64,000 nucleotides of DNA from the NCBI GenBank assembly GCA_965603825.1, contig CBFDEM010000054.1:620001-684000 (forward strand). Reading direction: 5' to 3'. Positions 35,809 to 47,465 of this stretch are shown here, piece by piece. The position numbers and the translations under genes were made by a program. The notes under the pieces were generated by a model that was not told where the DNA came from, did no database searches, and worked only from the letters and a program-made list of their open reading frames with translations. The stretch comes from Blepharisma stoltei ATCC 30299 (Eukaryota > Protista > Ciliophora). Numbering within the stretch: position 1 is the first letter of the stretch; every line of letters begins with the position of its first letter.

Positions 35809-38800
35809 TTAAGATAGATGGAATGCTTCGTGGCCTTCTTTTAGCGCGTATCTAAGTTGATTATTGAAAACTTCATAAGAAGAGTACTCAGGGATTTTCA
35901 AATAATTTTGACATGTCATAACGCTTGGTAAGACATCGTCAGGGTTGGTTCCAGGGACTGTGGGATCTTTTCTGACCACAGTAAGTGGAGGGTGTAACGC
36001 TTTAAACCCTCCAATAGGGAGCCTTGGACACCCTGTTACAAATTGCAAGAAAAGTCTTCTTTCGTTCATATCGAGGGAAGTCATGATTTTTAGTAAATTT
36101 TGGTAAACCTTTGACTTCTTATCATAGCCGTGAGCAGTCACAATAGCTTCTTCTAGAACTGATATGTCCCAGGACTCATTTCCTTTGCCACAGATGACGT
36201 TTTCTAGTTCCTCAGGCTCAAAAACTTCGAGAGCTTCAACTGGGATTAGTTTTTCTAAGCCTTTTCTGAATGCTTGAGCTTGATAGCTTTGCATTAATGT
36301 ATAATGGGCAACTAAATTTATATATTCTTCTAAAGTATCTAAAGTAACAATTTTATCTTTTCCATGAGGCTTTAATTCAATATCATCATATCCAGGCAAG
36401 GTAAAAGACAAATAAAGCTCTTCAATTGGCGTCCCATTTAATGTGATTTCTTTCATTTGGCCTTTTTGATAGTCAGAATCTGAGCATTCATGCTGAGCCC
36501 ATTTCCATTTATTCACGATTTCTTGAAGTTGCAGCATATAGCGGCCAACTCCAGGGTCTACTTGTAAAAGATCAATCAAAGTTAGCGGCTTTTTCATGAC
36601 AAGCTTCCAAAAAACAGCTGAAATCGGCAAGTCGATTAATCGATCATCATATAAAGCTTTTGCAACTAATTTCCCAATAAAGTAAAAAGTTTCAGAAATT
36701 CTTACCAGATTTTGTGACTGCAAAGGCGCTGGAAATAGTCCGCATTCCTCCCCAGTGTTTCTCCAGATATCAAGTTTCCTCAGTTCTTTGCTTGCTAAAG
36801 CATAGAACTCAAGCGTCGGGCCAATTCCTGTCCCTTCTTCTCCACTGAAGTCAAATTCAAGCATCCCGAACTTCAATAAAGCTGAATCACTCAAAACCCT
36901 CATCCCAGCCTCAATAATTTGGTCTCTAGGAATCATAGCTTTTTGCCTGAGCATTCTTACTGTAAAGTTCTTTCCTCTATTTGAATAAAAATATAATGAC
37001 CTTCCACCTCCGAACCCTATAGCTCTGAATAAGTCATATCTTTGTAAGAAATTAAACAAAAATGTAGCCTTTTTTGGCAAGTTTTTTACCCAGTCAGGAG
37101 CGGTGCCGCCAGCCATTGCTAAGACGTCTGAGACTTGTCGGGCCAAAATAGCTGAAAGTTTGTGGCTAATGAAAATGTTGTGGGAAAATTGTGTGAAGGA
37201 GATAGGGTCTATGGGGAAATAAAACAGTGGAGAGCTTGGGGAGAGAAGCTGATGGATTTTTGAGCTTAGGGTATGCAAAAATTTAAGCAGTTTTAATGGA
37301 GCATATACTTTTTCGTCTTTGTCAGATTGGATGTTGATTGCTGAATTAATAATTTCATCAAGAATATTTGTACTTGATGATAAATATGTTGATTCCTCTT
37401 CATTTTGGTCGTTCATTGTATCAAAGCTGAACTTGATAACAATCCCTTCATTTTCATTAACGTATTTTGAATTTATTTCATAGAGAGTTGTTCTCTTATT
37501 CACTTCAGAATCTCCAACTCTCATCACCACTCTCATTTTTTTAGGGTCTAAAACACTTTCTTTTCTATGAGAAATGGTCATCGCTTCAATTGGCTGTATA
37601 TTTTGTGCCTCTGGGTCTTGATCTTGATCTTGGTCCTGTTCTTGATCTTCTTCTCCTTTATTTTCTTCTGCTTGAAGTCCATCTAAAAACTGTTGGACTT
37701 TTTGTCCTTGAATTTCTTTAATTAATTGCTCATTTCCTTCACTTCTAATTCCCATTTCTTCCAGTGTCGCTGTTAAATCCATTGACTCGCTTAATAACTG
37801 CTGCATTCTTAAATGCTGCTTAGTCATATTTAACTGCCCTTGGTTAATTCCTCTCATTTCTGCACTCGTCCTTTCAAATGAAGCCAAAAATAAATTTAAA
37901 TTCTGCTGGCTTTTTACTTTTAGTAAAGCTTCACTTATAGTTTCTAACGAATGGTATTGCTCTAAGGATAAAGCTAACTGTCCGATATTTAAAAATAATT
38001 GATGTTTGGCTTCTAATTCAAATTTAGATTCTGAAGAAAGCTGCTCATATCTTTCAGCGTCATATACAAGTGTAACCCTTGCTCTATTACTTAAAGTCCG
38101 CATAGCAGTAAACGAGCTTGATGCCCCATTGGCTTCATAAATTATTGTAGGGAACTGCTGAGTATATCTAATAAATCTCAGCAACAGCGAGATAAGTCTA
38201 GTTAAATTATTTTCGCCTTTTTGATTATTTTTCATAATTGTGACCAAAAATTCGTGGATTCGATGCAAAATGGTTAACGAGCTTTTATTTGGGGACAAAA
38301 ACTTCCACAAAGAGTCTAAGAAGTTTGACTGGTCCAGCTCATGCAGGCTTATCCCTTTATCACTATTAAGCAAGTCAATAAAGCGGCCTAAAAACTGTTT
38401 TCCTGACTCCCCTTCAACTGTTTCTAAATCTCTACCTAGATCTTTCAGCTCTGCCAGCACACTTTGATAATCAGGATTGTCAAATACAGAATGTTTAGTT
38501 AAAGCCTCATGAGTCAGGCACAAAATTTCTTTTGCAGCCTCCTTTACAGTATCAGGTACATCAGGCTCTGTCATTTTTCTCCTCAAAAGGGGCTCATCTG
38601 GCTCAGACTGTGCATCAATTGTGGCCGATCTTTTTTTCGTCCTATGGGTTTTTTTAATCTCTGCCAAAATTTGTTCGAGGACTTTGGGATCCCTTGACAT
38701 CCCAGATCTCAATAAAGCTTGCCTTAAATTCGTAGACGGCGTTGTGGCTAAGATTTCTTGGAATACTTGTACAGGGTATTTTAAGTCTTTTAAAGCGTCT

Positions 38801-40185
38801 TCTATTTGAAGAGCTCTGATTTTTGAAATTACGCCTTCTCGGACGAAGTTTTCAGCGACTTGCTGAGGGATTTTGTTATATAAAACGACCACGATGCTTA
38901 AGACGCTTTTAATGGCTTCTGAGTCTTTACAGGACAAAATTTCTGAAATAAATGTGGAAAATTGGACAGGTGTTACATAAGTCTCAACAAAATCATGGTC
39001 GGAAAGGGCGAGAATTTTCCCCATGACGTGAAGAATTAGGTGGCCATTGTTTCGGTTTGTGATTCTTTCGTAAATTGTGAGGATTCTTGGCATTACAACT
39101 TCTCCAAGAGATCTCATGAATTCGGGATTATTCATATACATATTGACGAGTTCTAAGTCTAGAGGGTCTTGGCTTTCTTTTATAGGGATTAAAACGTCTA
39201 CAAGTGCTAAGGCTTCCATTGAGTAGCTTCTGAGTCCTTCATCGTTTTCTTTTTCTCCTATGTCAAGAGCTTCTTTTATCATGCTGACACCGCCGTAGTT
39301 GTGGAACATTAATACTAAATTTGGGGAGGAATCACAGAAAAATCTAATTAATTTCAAAACACGACTTTGAAATCCTGTAGCATTTGGCAATAATTCTAAT
39401 AAATTTTGAAATACACCGTTATCACTATAGATTTCAGCAAATCTTTTTATCACTTCAGGATCGCCTCCAGAAAGCCGAATAATGCTTTCTGAGATTCCTG
39501 AAAAGAAATGCAAGCCAAGCTGGTTCATAGGAAAATATGGATTTCCTTTGTATTGAAGTAATGTTGAAATTACTGGGACGACAGGCAAAATGTATTCAGT
39601 CATTAATTCTTCACTTGCCACCGCTCTTGCAATAATTCCTGCAATAGAAAGAATCCTTTTTTGAGTTTCTTGCTCAAAAAAATCCATCATATTAATCATC
39701 GCTGAAAACGCCCCTTCTTTCAGCACTGACGTTGAGTTGTCATAAGATAGCCTTTCTAACGCTTTAATTGCATGCTCAGCCATATCAATGTACTCAAAGC
39801 TCATCAATTTCATTGACAAAGCAGCCACTCCTCCAGCATTTGCCATCATTGCAATAGAATTAGTCACAGTATCCATGATATGATTGAGTGAAATAATTGC
39901 ATAAAGACTGATATCTGGAAGATCCCGATGCAGGCATTCTACAAGAGTCGCTATTGTTTGCTCCATCGGAAATGACGAAAATGATTCTTCAGGCGCTACT
40001 GCTAGATGCATTGATAATTGCATAACTGCAGTCAAGACATCCATATCGTCATCAGATTGCATTAAGTTTAACAAGTTTTGGGTATGTTCTGCTAAATTCC
40101 CAGGAGCTGAATATAAATTACATTCAAGAGAACCGAATTCAGTTGTTGCGTATTTTCCTTGTCCTTTGTCAAGCTCTCCTTCCAT
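35809..40185 (-). CDS. HECT E3 ubiquitin ligase, TRIP12/UFD4/UPL3 type (ARM repeats + HECT)
   Basis: EYIDMAEHAIKALE, GEEGTGIGPTLEFY, FLQFVTGCPRLPIGG, LPSVMTCQNYLKIPEY, AFHLS end. Confidence 0.95.
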   Translation of the reverse strand: MEGELDKGQGKYATTEFGSLECNLYSAPGNLAEHTQNLLNLMQSDDDMDVLTAVMQLSMHLAVAPEESFSSFPMEQTIATLVECLHRDLPDISLYAIISLNHIMDTVTNSIAMMANAGGVAALSMKLMSFEYIDMAEHAIKALERLSYDNSTSVLKEGAFSAMINMMDFFEQETQKRILSIAGIIARAVASEELMTEYILPVVPVISTLLQYKGNPYFPMNQLGLHFFSGISESIIRLSGGDPEVIKRFAEIYSDNGVFQNLLELLPNATGFQSRVLKLIRFFCDSSPNLVLMFHNYGGVSMIKEALDIGEKENDEGLRSYSMEALALVDVLIPIKESQDPLDLELVNMYMNNPEFMRSLGEVVMPRILTIYERITNRNNGHLILHVMGKILALSDHDFVETYVTPVQFSTFISEILSCKDSEAIKSVLSIVVVLYNKIPQQVAENFVREGVISKIRALQIEDALKDLKYPVQVFQEILATTPSTNLRQALLRSGMSRDPKVLEQILAEIKKTHRTKKRSATIDAQSEPDEPLLRRKMTEPDVPDTVKEAAKEILCLTHEALTKHSVFDNPDYQSVLAELKDLGRDLETVEGESGKQFLGRFIDLLNSDKGISLHELDQSNFLDSLWKFLSPNKSSLTILHRIHEFLVTIMKNNQKGENNLTRLISLLLRFIRYTQQFPTIIYEANGASSSFTAMRTLSNRARVTLVYDAERYEQLSSESKFELEAKHQLFLNIGQLALSLEQYHSLETISEALLKVKSQQNLNLFLASFERTSAEMRGINQGQLNMTKQHLRMQQLLSESMDLTATLEEMGIRSEGNEQLIKEIQGQKVQQFLDGLQAEENKGEEDQEQDQDQDQDPEAQNIQPIEAMTISHRKESVLDPKKMRVVMRVGDSEVNKRTTLYEINSKYVNENEGIVIKFSFDTMNDQNEEESTYLSSSTNILDEIINSAINIQSDKDEKVYAPLKLLKFLHTLSSKIHQLLSPSSPLFYFPIDPISFTQFSHNIFISHKLSAILARQVSDVLAMAGGTAPDWVKNLPKKATFLFNFLQRYDLFRAIGFGGGRSLYFYSNRGKNFTVRMLRQKAMIPRDQIIEAGMRVLSDSALLKFGMLEFDFSGEEGTGIGPTLEFYALASKELRKLDIWRNTGEECGLFPAPLQSQNLVRISETFYFIGKLVAKALYDDRLIDLPISAVFWKLVMKKPLTLIDLLQVDPGVGRYMLQLQEIVNKWKWAQHECSDSDYQKGQMKEITLNGTPIEELYLSFTLPGYDDIELKPHGKDKIVTLDTLEEYINLVAHYTLMQSYQAQAFRKGLEKLIPVEALEVFEPEELENVICGKGNESWDISVLEEAIVTAHGYDKKSKVYQNLLKIMTSLDMNERRLFLQFVTGCPRLPIGGFKALHPPLTVVRKDPTVPGTNPDDVLPSVMTCQNYLKIPEYSSYEVFNNQLRYALKEGHEAFHLS

Positions 40186-40782
40186 CTTATTATGATTTTA
40201 TTTGTATCTATTGATATCTGATTTTATATAATTTTGAGAGAGAGATTATTATGTTTTCATATTTCTATACAATAAGGATTGCGGAAGAGTTATGTCAGAT
40301 GATAACGGGTTTTTGATTGATAAATTTCTTGAAAAGAGAGAACAGAATTGAATTTTGGTATAATAAACTAGTTTAATTCAATATAGACACAAACTATAAA
40401 CATTGCTAAATATATATTCATAAGACATTTATGTGCAAAAATTCTAAACAGAAGCTTTTTTATTGAGAAAATCTTTTTTCTGATTATCAAATTATTCAAT
40501 ATCATTTACGACATTTTGGATTTAAATTAACTGATTTATCTAATATAAAAATCTGATAGCTCGCCAATCAGCTTCATCATTATAATAACTTTCCTACCAC
40601 AATTTTTAAGATAGTAAAGCCATATATTTTAATTAAATATCTTTCTTATTCTGTGATTAGTTTATATTTTCGTTAAATATAACGAACTCTCTGAATAAAT
40701 TCTTGCTTACTATTTACACTTTTTTGCATAGATTTCAGTAGACCTAATTTCACTTCTAAAAATTTATACTTAATTAACAGAA

Positions 40783-41697
40783 ATGAAGCATGAAAATATA
40801 AAATTTCAAGGATGCCATTCTGGCATCCAGACCCCAAATCGAAGTTTTCAGTCAATTAGACTTCGAAATCTTAACGAAGAAAGACTACGCATAAAATCTT
40901 TAGATAAAAAAGATCAGCTGCTATCAAAAATCCAAAGTGCATCCGATATATTTGAAATTGAGCACAGCTGAGCCGGCCTAAAAGAATGCATGATCCACAC
41001 TCAAAGAAATGGAGATTCTACTCCAAAACTAAAACTGCCTCTAAGTAAAACTAAAATCCGTGATCTTTCTCCTAACAATACCTCATTGCTCTGCAGCATT
41101 GCTATGGCTACTCAGCAAGCTCTTTCTACTATCAAATTCTTAGAGAAGAAAAGGACAGAATCAGGAGCAAGGTCAAACGACGTCAGCTTTGAAAAGATTT
41201 CAAAAGAAATCAGTGATGACAAAAACATCTGTAACAACTCCTTCAACCATTATAAAAGCAATCTTGAAAATGTTAAATATGATTTGACACCTATAAAAGA
41301 GTACGATAACTCAAATCTCAGAAAACAATATTCTCCAATCAATTTTAAAACAAAATCGCCTTTCCAGAGAGCAGTGACAACTACTCAGAAACCTCCGAAA
41401 AGTAATAAATTAACTCCGTCTAGCAAGACATCAAGAGTTATAGATACAAAAATGAAAAATTTGCTGAATACAAGCCAAGACTTCAAAAGGAGACCTTTAT
41501 CTCCATTTGATGTGAAAACAGATAAAATTTTGAAAAATTGCCAGACTAAGATGGAGGATTTGAAATTTGATGAGAAAAAGAAGATAGAAAGAAAAAACAA
41601 GCCGAAAAAATTATCAAAAGCGCAAGAATTCAGCCTTTTAGATAGGCTCCAGCACACAGCTAATGTAACAAGAATACTTGAAAGACTTAATAATTAA
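40783..41697 (+). CDS. Hypothetical basic low-complexity protein
   Basis: ORFs 40783 and 40990 share a frame joined by TGA; ends TAA. Confidence 0.7.
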
Positions 41698-41748
41698 TTT
41701 TCCTGCATAAAAATGGGTTTTATAAAAACATAAATTTAGGTAGTCACT

Positions 41749-42915
41749 ATGGATGACCTTGTCCAACGATCTTATCTTTCTTGGCCTGGCAATAACAAGT
41801 TCTTTTGTGATGGGAAATTAATGACAGGGTATGGTTTACTTAGTCCTGATGTTCATCGAGCAATCATAACCTTTTTTTTAATATTAGTACCGGGGATATT
41901 ATTTCTAGCTGTCCCAGGCAAGTATTTTGCTGAAGACTATCTCTTTGTTCCTATTTATAGTGCCTTGCTTTTATTATTATCATTAACTCTTCAAGTGATC
42001 ACCTCTACTACAAATCCAGGATTTTTACCAAGACAAGAGCCTCCATTTGCAGTAGGCCCCAGAGGTGCACCTACATTATCATTTGCAATGCAGCAAGATC
42101 CAACAAAATTATCAGCAATAGATAAAGGTTTTTTTGAATACCAAGTAGGAGGAAGATTAATTAAAATGAAATACTGCAGAACTTGTATATATTATTTAGG
42201 TCTCATTTTAAGGCCTCCCAGAAGCTCCCATTGTGGAGACTGTGATGTTTGTGTCGAAAAATTTGATCACCACTGCCCATGAGTTGGAAACTGTATTGGA
42301 AAAAGAAACTATAAGTTTTTTATGGGATTTTTATATTCTACAAGCTCTTTAGTTATTTTTAACTTGGTATTCAGCATATATCATTTAGTAGTTGTCTCAG
42401 ATAAGGCAAAAGACGATGGAGGAATGCAAGCTTTTCAAAATGCTTTACAAAAAGCAGGGCCGACTATGTTTATTTTACTAGTTGCTTTGGTTGTAAAAAA
42501 TATTTAGATGATGTGGTTTGTGCTTGGGCTGACCATTTTTCACACATATTTGCTATTTACAGGGCAAACTACTAACGAGATAATAAAAAAGTCTTGGAAA
42601 AAATCGATGAATCCTTACACTAAAAGATCGATTTTTAAAAACATTTTTAGCGTTATATGTGCGAAAACTTTTCCTATGCGTTTTCGTGCGAGGGCATTTA
42701 GTCCTTTAAGTTTTCAAAAATATTTTGTGTGCCCCTCAATTGAAGCTACCAGAATTTCAGAAAAATTTTCAGAAGAGGATGGGAAACCTGAGAAATATTG
42801 TGATAATAACAAAACTGGAGGATTGGTATCACCGTGCGATGGGATCTCAAACAATGAGCCTATTTCAGGAAGATTCACGTTCCACGATGATAAAATATTG
42901 ATTAACTTTAAATAA
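41749..42915 (+). CDS. DHHC palmitoyl acyltransferase (three 15-nt introns)
   Basis: [39 protein letters not shown](W=TGA)VGNCIG, GQTTNE after splicing. Confidence 0.93.
41829..41843 (+). other. 15-nt intron (in-frame, stop-free)
   Basis: GTATGGTTTACTTAG; removal turns [10 protein letters not shown] into the family-typical MTGPD. Confidence 0.85.
42185..42199 (+). other. 15-nt intron (in-frame, stop-free)
   Basis: GTATATATTATTTAG; removal restores CRTCLILRPPR spacing. Confidence 0.88.
42493..42507 (+). other. 15-nt intron
   Basis: GTAAAAAATATTTAG; removes an in-frame TAG within a transmembrane helix. Confidence 0.9.
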
Positions 42916-42927
42916 TTATTTTGTATA

Positions 42928-43725
42928 ATGAAACCTCAAAAAAGTACAGCAAGTTTTGACTTACCCGACTATTTAGCATCAAAATATACACTCCGCACTA
43001 ACACTCCACAAAACCGAAGACCATCAAAAAAATTTCTTCCACAGCTGAAATTAGGCGTAAGTGAAGAAACTCCGAAATCGTTTCATGGGTCATTTATCAA
43101 TATTTTAAATACTGATACAAAAAATTCTCTTATAGCTGGGCATGAGAAATCACCTCATGGGTTCATGTCAGATCTCAAAAAAAATCGGCTTTCTCATAAT
43201 GATAGTTTTACACATCAAGAATATTCAATATCTAAACAATTAACTTCTTTTGATTTGCATACTTTGCCACTCAGTCAAGCTGCTGATTATTCACAGTTAG
43301 AATGCCCACATGTCAGAAGAAAATGCGGATTTTCAAAAAAGTGACTACTTGTTACAGAAGATCCCAAAGGTTTTAAAAGGAATCAAGGATTATGCAGTTT
43401 TTATGCAAATCAGCCACAGCCACATAGATATAAATTTGGGGAAGTTAAAAGGTTGAATGAGAAAATGCTAAGCACTTTGAAAAGCGTAAATTCAAAGAAA
43501 CAATTATTTGAGAAAGTTAGGCATAGAAGCCTTCGTAGAGTTGAAAGTGAAAGAGAAAAAATTCGATCAAAAAGCACTGATTTTATGCTGATGAGAAAAA
43601 TTCATAAAAAATCCCAAAAAAATTGAGAATTATTGGATGCTCAAAATAATGAAGAAGAAATAAAGTCTTTTGATTTGAAATTAAAAAATATCAAGGACCG
43701 AAAAAGATGATGCTACAATATATAA
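42928..43725 (+). CDS. Hypothetical basic protein
   Basis: ORF continues through three TGA codons to TAA 43723-43725. Confidence 0.7.
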
Positions 43726-44088
43726 GGCATTTTTAGTCGAAATTTGCGATTCAGACTGTATATTAATAAATTAACTGATAATCTTGAAATTCAATAAAAA
43801 TAATGACTCATTATATTTAAAGACTAACTTCTATTTTAGCATTCTGCTATGTAAATATTTACCCCTTCTTCATGAATGAGCCTTCAACATATTTAATTTT
43901 AGCTTTGATTAATAATTATTCATATGCTAAATATTATATAGATATAAGAAGAAATATGATTGATAACTGTAAATGAAAATTTTAAGAATTCCTGGCCATA
44001 GTATTTATCTGAATTCGCAATTTATGTCTATGATATTACTTATCCTGCAGAGGTCCTCGTAGTTATCAGTAGAATTTAATTAATATTA

Positions 44089-45462
44089 TTATAAATTAGG
44101 TATATCAATATCAAATTGGTGTGATTTTGATAAATAATTAATAGTGTCTTCTTTATTGGGGTTATAAAGTAAATTAAACTCATGAGTGGTGATCACTAAT
44201 ACTGATGTTTGTGCTGAATCGGATATCACTGAATACTTCGCAGGCTGATACTCACCAAGAAGGATTCGCTGTCCGAAATAGCTTCCTCTTGGCAGATAAA
44301 AATCCTTGATGCTGTTTTTATAAGTGATTTTATTTGAATTTTTGGAGTATTTTGGAGTTTTAAATGGATAAGTAATTTTTACCCTACCTGAATAAACTAT
44401 GTACATTCCTTTTGGAATCATCCCAGCTCCTAATACAACTGCATCAAGACCAAAATACTCTTTATTCAAAGTATTCGCCAGCAGCGCCAAATCAATAGGA
44501 GCAATATGCTCAAACGGTCCTAACCCATTCAAGAAATGAAGAATTTTGCTTTCTATATCAATATTTGCACTAACTGCAAACACATAATCCTCAGCTGCAA
44601 TTTTAATCATATGGCACGCCTCAGCCGCAAAGCACGTCGCACTTCTCTGTGCAGCCGCATTATTTACGTTTCCTCTCACAATTGCATACTCACCTATAAC
44701 TTCTCCATCATATCTTGAATTAATTATATAAGCAAGTTCTCCTGGCTTTTTTGACTCTTTTTGGACTCCTATTGATCCTCTTAAAATCACATATAAATGT
44801 TTCCCGAGTTCTCCTTCTCTGAAAATAATTTGTCCTTTACTGTAAAATTCATATTCCCCGACCCTCAGCATTTGTTTAACGATATCTGCCTTGTATTGAA
44901 GAAAAAATTTCAAGCGTCTAGTCATGTTATATATTTTTTCAATATCTCTGACAGGTTTTTTCATCTCTCCTATAATAAATTGCAGGGATTGTAATGATAA
45001 AATGTGTGAATCAGGAAACGGTTCTGATATTCTTGTTTTTACAGATGGTAATACAAGGTCGTTCATAGATAAAGCTTTTCTTCGGTCATGGCCAGGGTTT
45101 GTAGAAGGCTTAATATCTTTTTGTTTGAAGCCAGGAGGAGATAACAGCCCAGGCTCCAAAGCATCATCTATCACTTTTATTTTTAAGGACGCGATATAGG
45201 TGGTAGGAAGCGCGATTTTTTTCTGGAAATTTAATAGGTCTTGTTCAAGAATTTTGGGCTGATCGACGCTGGGGATTTTTGAAATTAATTTAATCGGTGT
45301 GGTAATTTTCAACGGGTCACAAATTTTCAAAGTACTTGATTTTTTTTTGCTTGGGGCTTTAAAATTAAAATTTGTTAAGGACTGAGATTTTTGTGGGTTT
45401 CTAGTATGAGAAATAAATCTTCCTTTCAGAATAGTTTTCGATAAAGATTTGTTTGTTTCCAT
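44089..45462 (-). CDS. Protein with two cyclic-nucleotide-binding domains
   Basis: IIFREGELGKHLYVILRGSI..GEVIGEYAI..RSATC; second domain GMYIVYSGRV..GSYFGQ. Confidence 0.88.
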   Translation of the reverse strand: METNKSLSKTILKGRFISHTRNPQKSQSLTNFNFKAPSKKKSSTLKICDPLKITTPIKLISKIPSVDQPKILEQDLLNFQKKIALPTTYIASLKIKVIDDALEPGLLSPPGFKQKDIKPSTNPGHDRRKALSMNDLVLPSVKTRISEPFPDSHILSLQSLQFIIGEMKKPVRDIEKIYNMTRRLKFFLQYKADIVKQMLRVGEYEFYSKGQIIFREGELGKHLYVILRGSIGVQKESKKPGELAYIINSRYDGEVIGEYAIVRGNVNNAAAQRSATCFAAEACHMIKIAAEDYVFAVSANIDIESKILHFLNGLGPFEHIAPIDLALLANTLNKEYFGLDAVVLGAGMIPKGMYIVYSGRVKITYPFKTPKYSKNSNKITYKNSIKDFYLPRGSYFGQRILLGEYQPAKYSVISDSAQTSVLVITTHEFNLLYNPNKEDTINYLSKSHQFDIDIPNL

Positions 45463-45569
45463 TTTCCTTGTTTTTATTAACTAATGTGCATAATTAATAA
45501 AACAGGCTATATCAGATAAAGTTTACTCCAATACAAGTTTCAATTATTTTTGCTAAAGTTTAATATTAA

Positions 45570-46835
45570 ATGGAAGAAAATCCAGTTTCAGAGTTGCTGG
45601 CTTCACTCCAAGCCAAAGTAGACGATCTCAATAAACTGCAAATCTCAAAAAACTCTGAACAAGCCTCAATCCTCTCAAGAGAAATCATCAGTTTAATCGA
45701 TAACGCTCCTCCTCTTAATAATCTTCCTAAATCCGCCAGAGCAAAATTACTTTACTATAAAGGCCGCGCTTCAGCAAATCCTGAAACCTACGACAAAAAC
45801 GCCGAAGAAAATTTAACCAGAAGTGTCAAACTAGACCCCACAAATGGAGACGCCTGAAATTGGATGGGCGAAATGCTATATCTAAAAGGGGATTATTTAC
45901 AAAGCAAAAGATGCTTTGAAGGCGCTTTAGAACAAACAGGGCCAAATAAAGAAATTTTAAGAAAATTGTCAATGATATCAAGGTTTGTCGGGGACAATGA
46001 AGAAAGAAAAAATAATGTGTCAGGCAGCGTTGGATTGGCAAAACAAGCATTGGCGCTTGATATAAAAGATGGATACTCGTGGTATGTCCTTGCCAATGCA
46101 CATTTGACGAATTTTTTTATTAATAGACCGTCGTCAGAAGAACTGAATAGAGCTCTAAAAGCATATGGACAAGCAGAAAATTTAATGGAAACCCCAAATC
46201 CTGATCTTTATTATAATAGAGGAGAAGCTTTTAGGTATTTAGAACGGTATCAAGAAGCTATTGCAGAGTTTCAGAAAGCTCATGAATTAGACCCAAATCT
46301 CAATTCACAAGCCCAAATAAGCCAAATTATGGAAAGAGTTAGTTTAGTTAGCCAGAAAATCAGTTCAAGTTGTGGGATTAAAAAGAAAACGCTAATGGCG
46401 ATGATAAGAACCATACCAGTTATAATAAAAAGTAAACCATTTGGGGAGAATTACCATGCAGCTCATTTAGCATTACTTAACAGTGGGAAAAATCAAGCGA
46501 AAATCTTAATATGTAAAGTGCTAGGAAACATCACAAATAATCCTGAAGACACCCCTGCAGTTTTTATAGCTTGTGACTCTCAAGGAGCTTTCGTTAGCTT
46601 AAGTGTTTATAACACAAATTCACAAATCCATCAGCTGATTACTTTTGAATCAGTTCTTTATATAGGAGATCCTTTGCTTTCAAAAATGCAAATTAATTAT
46701 GAGGGAAATGTAAAATTTATATAGAATCTTGAGTATTGAAACGTCAAGGTTGTAGACCCGAATTCGCTATTAATTGATAGCAAAAAAATAGAAGGGGCAT
46801 GCAGTCCTGGAGTTATTGTTAATCAGGCTTTATAA
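45570..46835 (+). CDS. TTC5: Tetratricopeptide repeat protein 5-like (TPR + OB fold; one 15-nt intron)
   Basis: AEENLTRSVKLDP..A(W)NWMGE, AKQALALDIKDGYSWYVLANAHL, NPDLYYNR; C-terminal OB-like region. Confidence 0.88.
46710..46724 (+). other. 15-nt spliceosomal intron
   Basis: GTAAAATTTATATAG; removes an in-frame TAG and extends the frame to TAA 46833-46835. Confidence 0.88.
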
Positions 46836-47465
46836 TTCAATAAATAATATATCTTATCAAATCATAGGGTAAAATTGATGAAGTAAACCTTTGAATAGTT
46901 AAAGGCTTAATTCAGCCTTATAATAGACTTATTTTTGTATAAATTAAGCTATTTTAAGGGTTTCTATTTAAAGATTCTTGAGTTTATTAGCTTCAAAATA
47001 GCTCGCATCAGTTTTCAGCATCTTTGCTGATTCATTAGATGGCAATCCCTCATCCTAAGTCCATATGGTGTAGATGCTTGAGAAATTCATCAATAAATAA
47101 AATATGTTTTGTTGCTTTATTATTTCAGTTTAATATTGATTTTAGCAAAAATTGGCTTAATAATTGATATATTTAGAATGAAACATAGGCATATGAAATA
47201 ATATGGATGAAATTATTAGCGAAAGGGATTTTGCAGGGGTGTAGTTTGTCATCTCCTTTACCACATATTCAGATAATCTGAGATTTCAATATAGCAATAA
47301 ATTTCATTAATTAGACTTGGGGCACTTGATTTTCTAAATAATTTGATAAAGAGAGGAATAAGAAAATATGAATAAAGATGAAGTGTTTAAAGTTTATAAA
47401 TTAAATATTTAAATAAATTGTAATTTTAACTAATGGATTTCATCTAATAATAATTATTAAATAGC

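Noticed and set aside
37596-37655. TCTTGA-type short tandem repeat
   Set aside because: It encodes a QDQD low-complexity linker within the HECT ligase.
1-46835. TGA as selenocysteine
   Set aside because: TGAs fall at conserved Trp positions in non-redox proteins and interchange with TGG; no selenoprotein context was seen.
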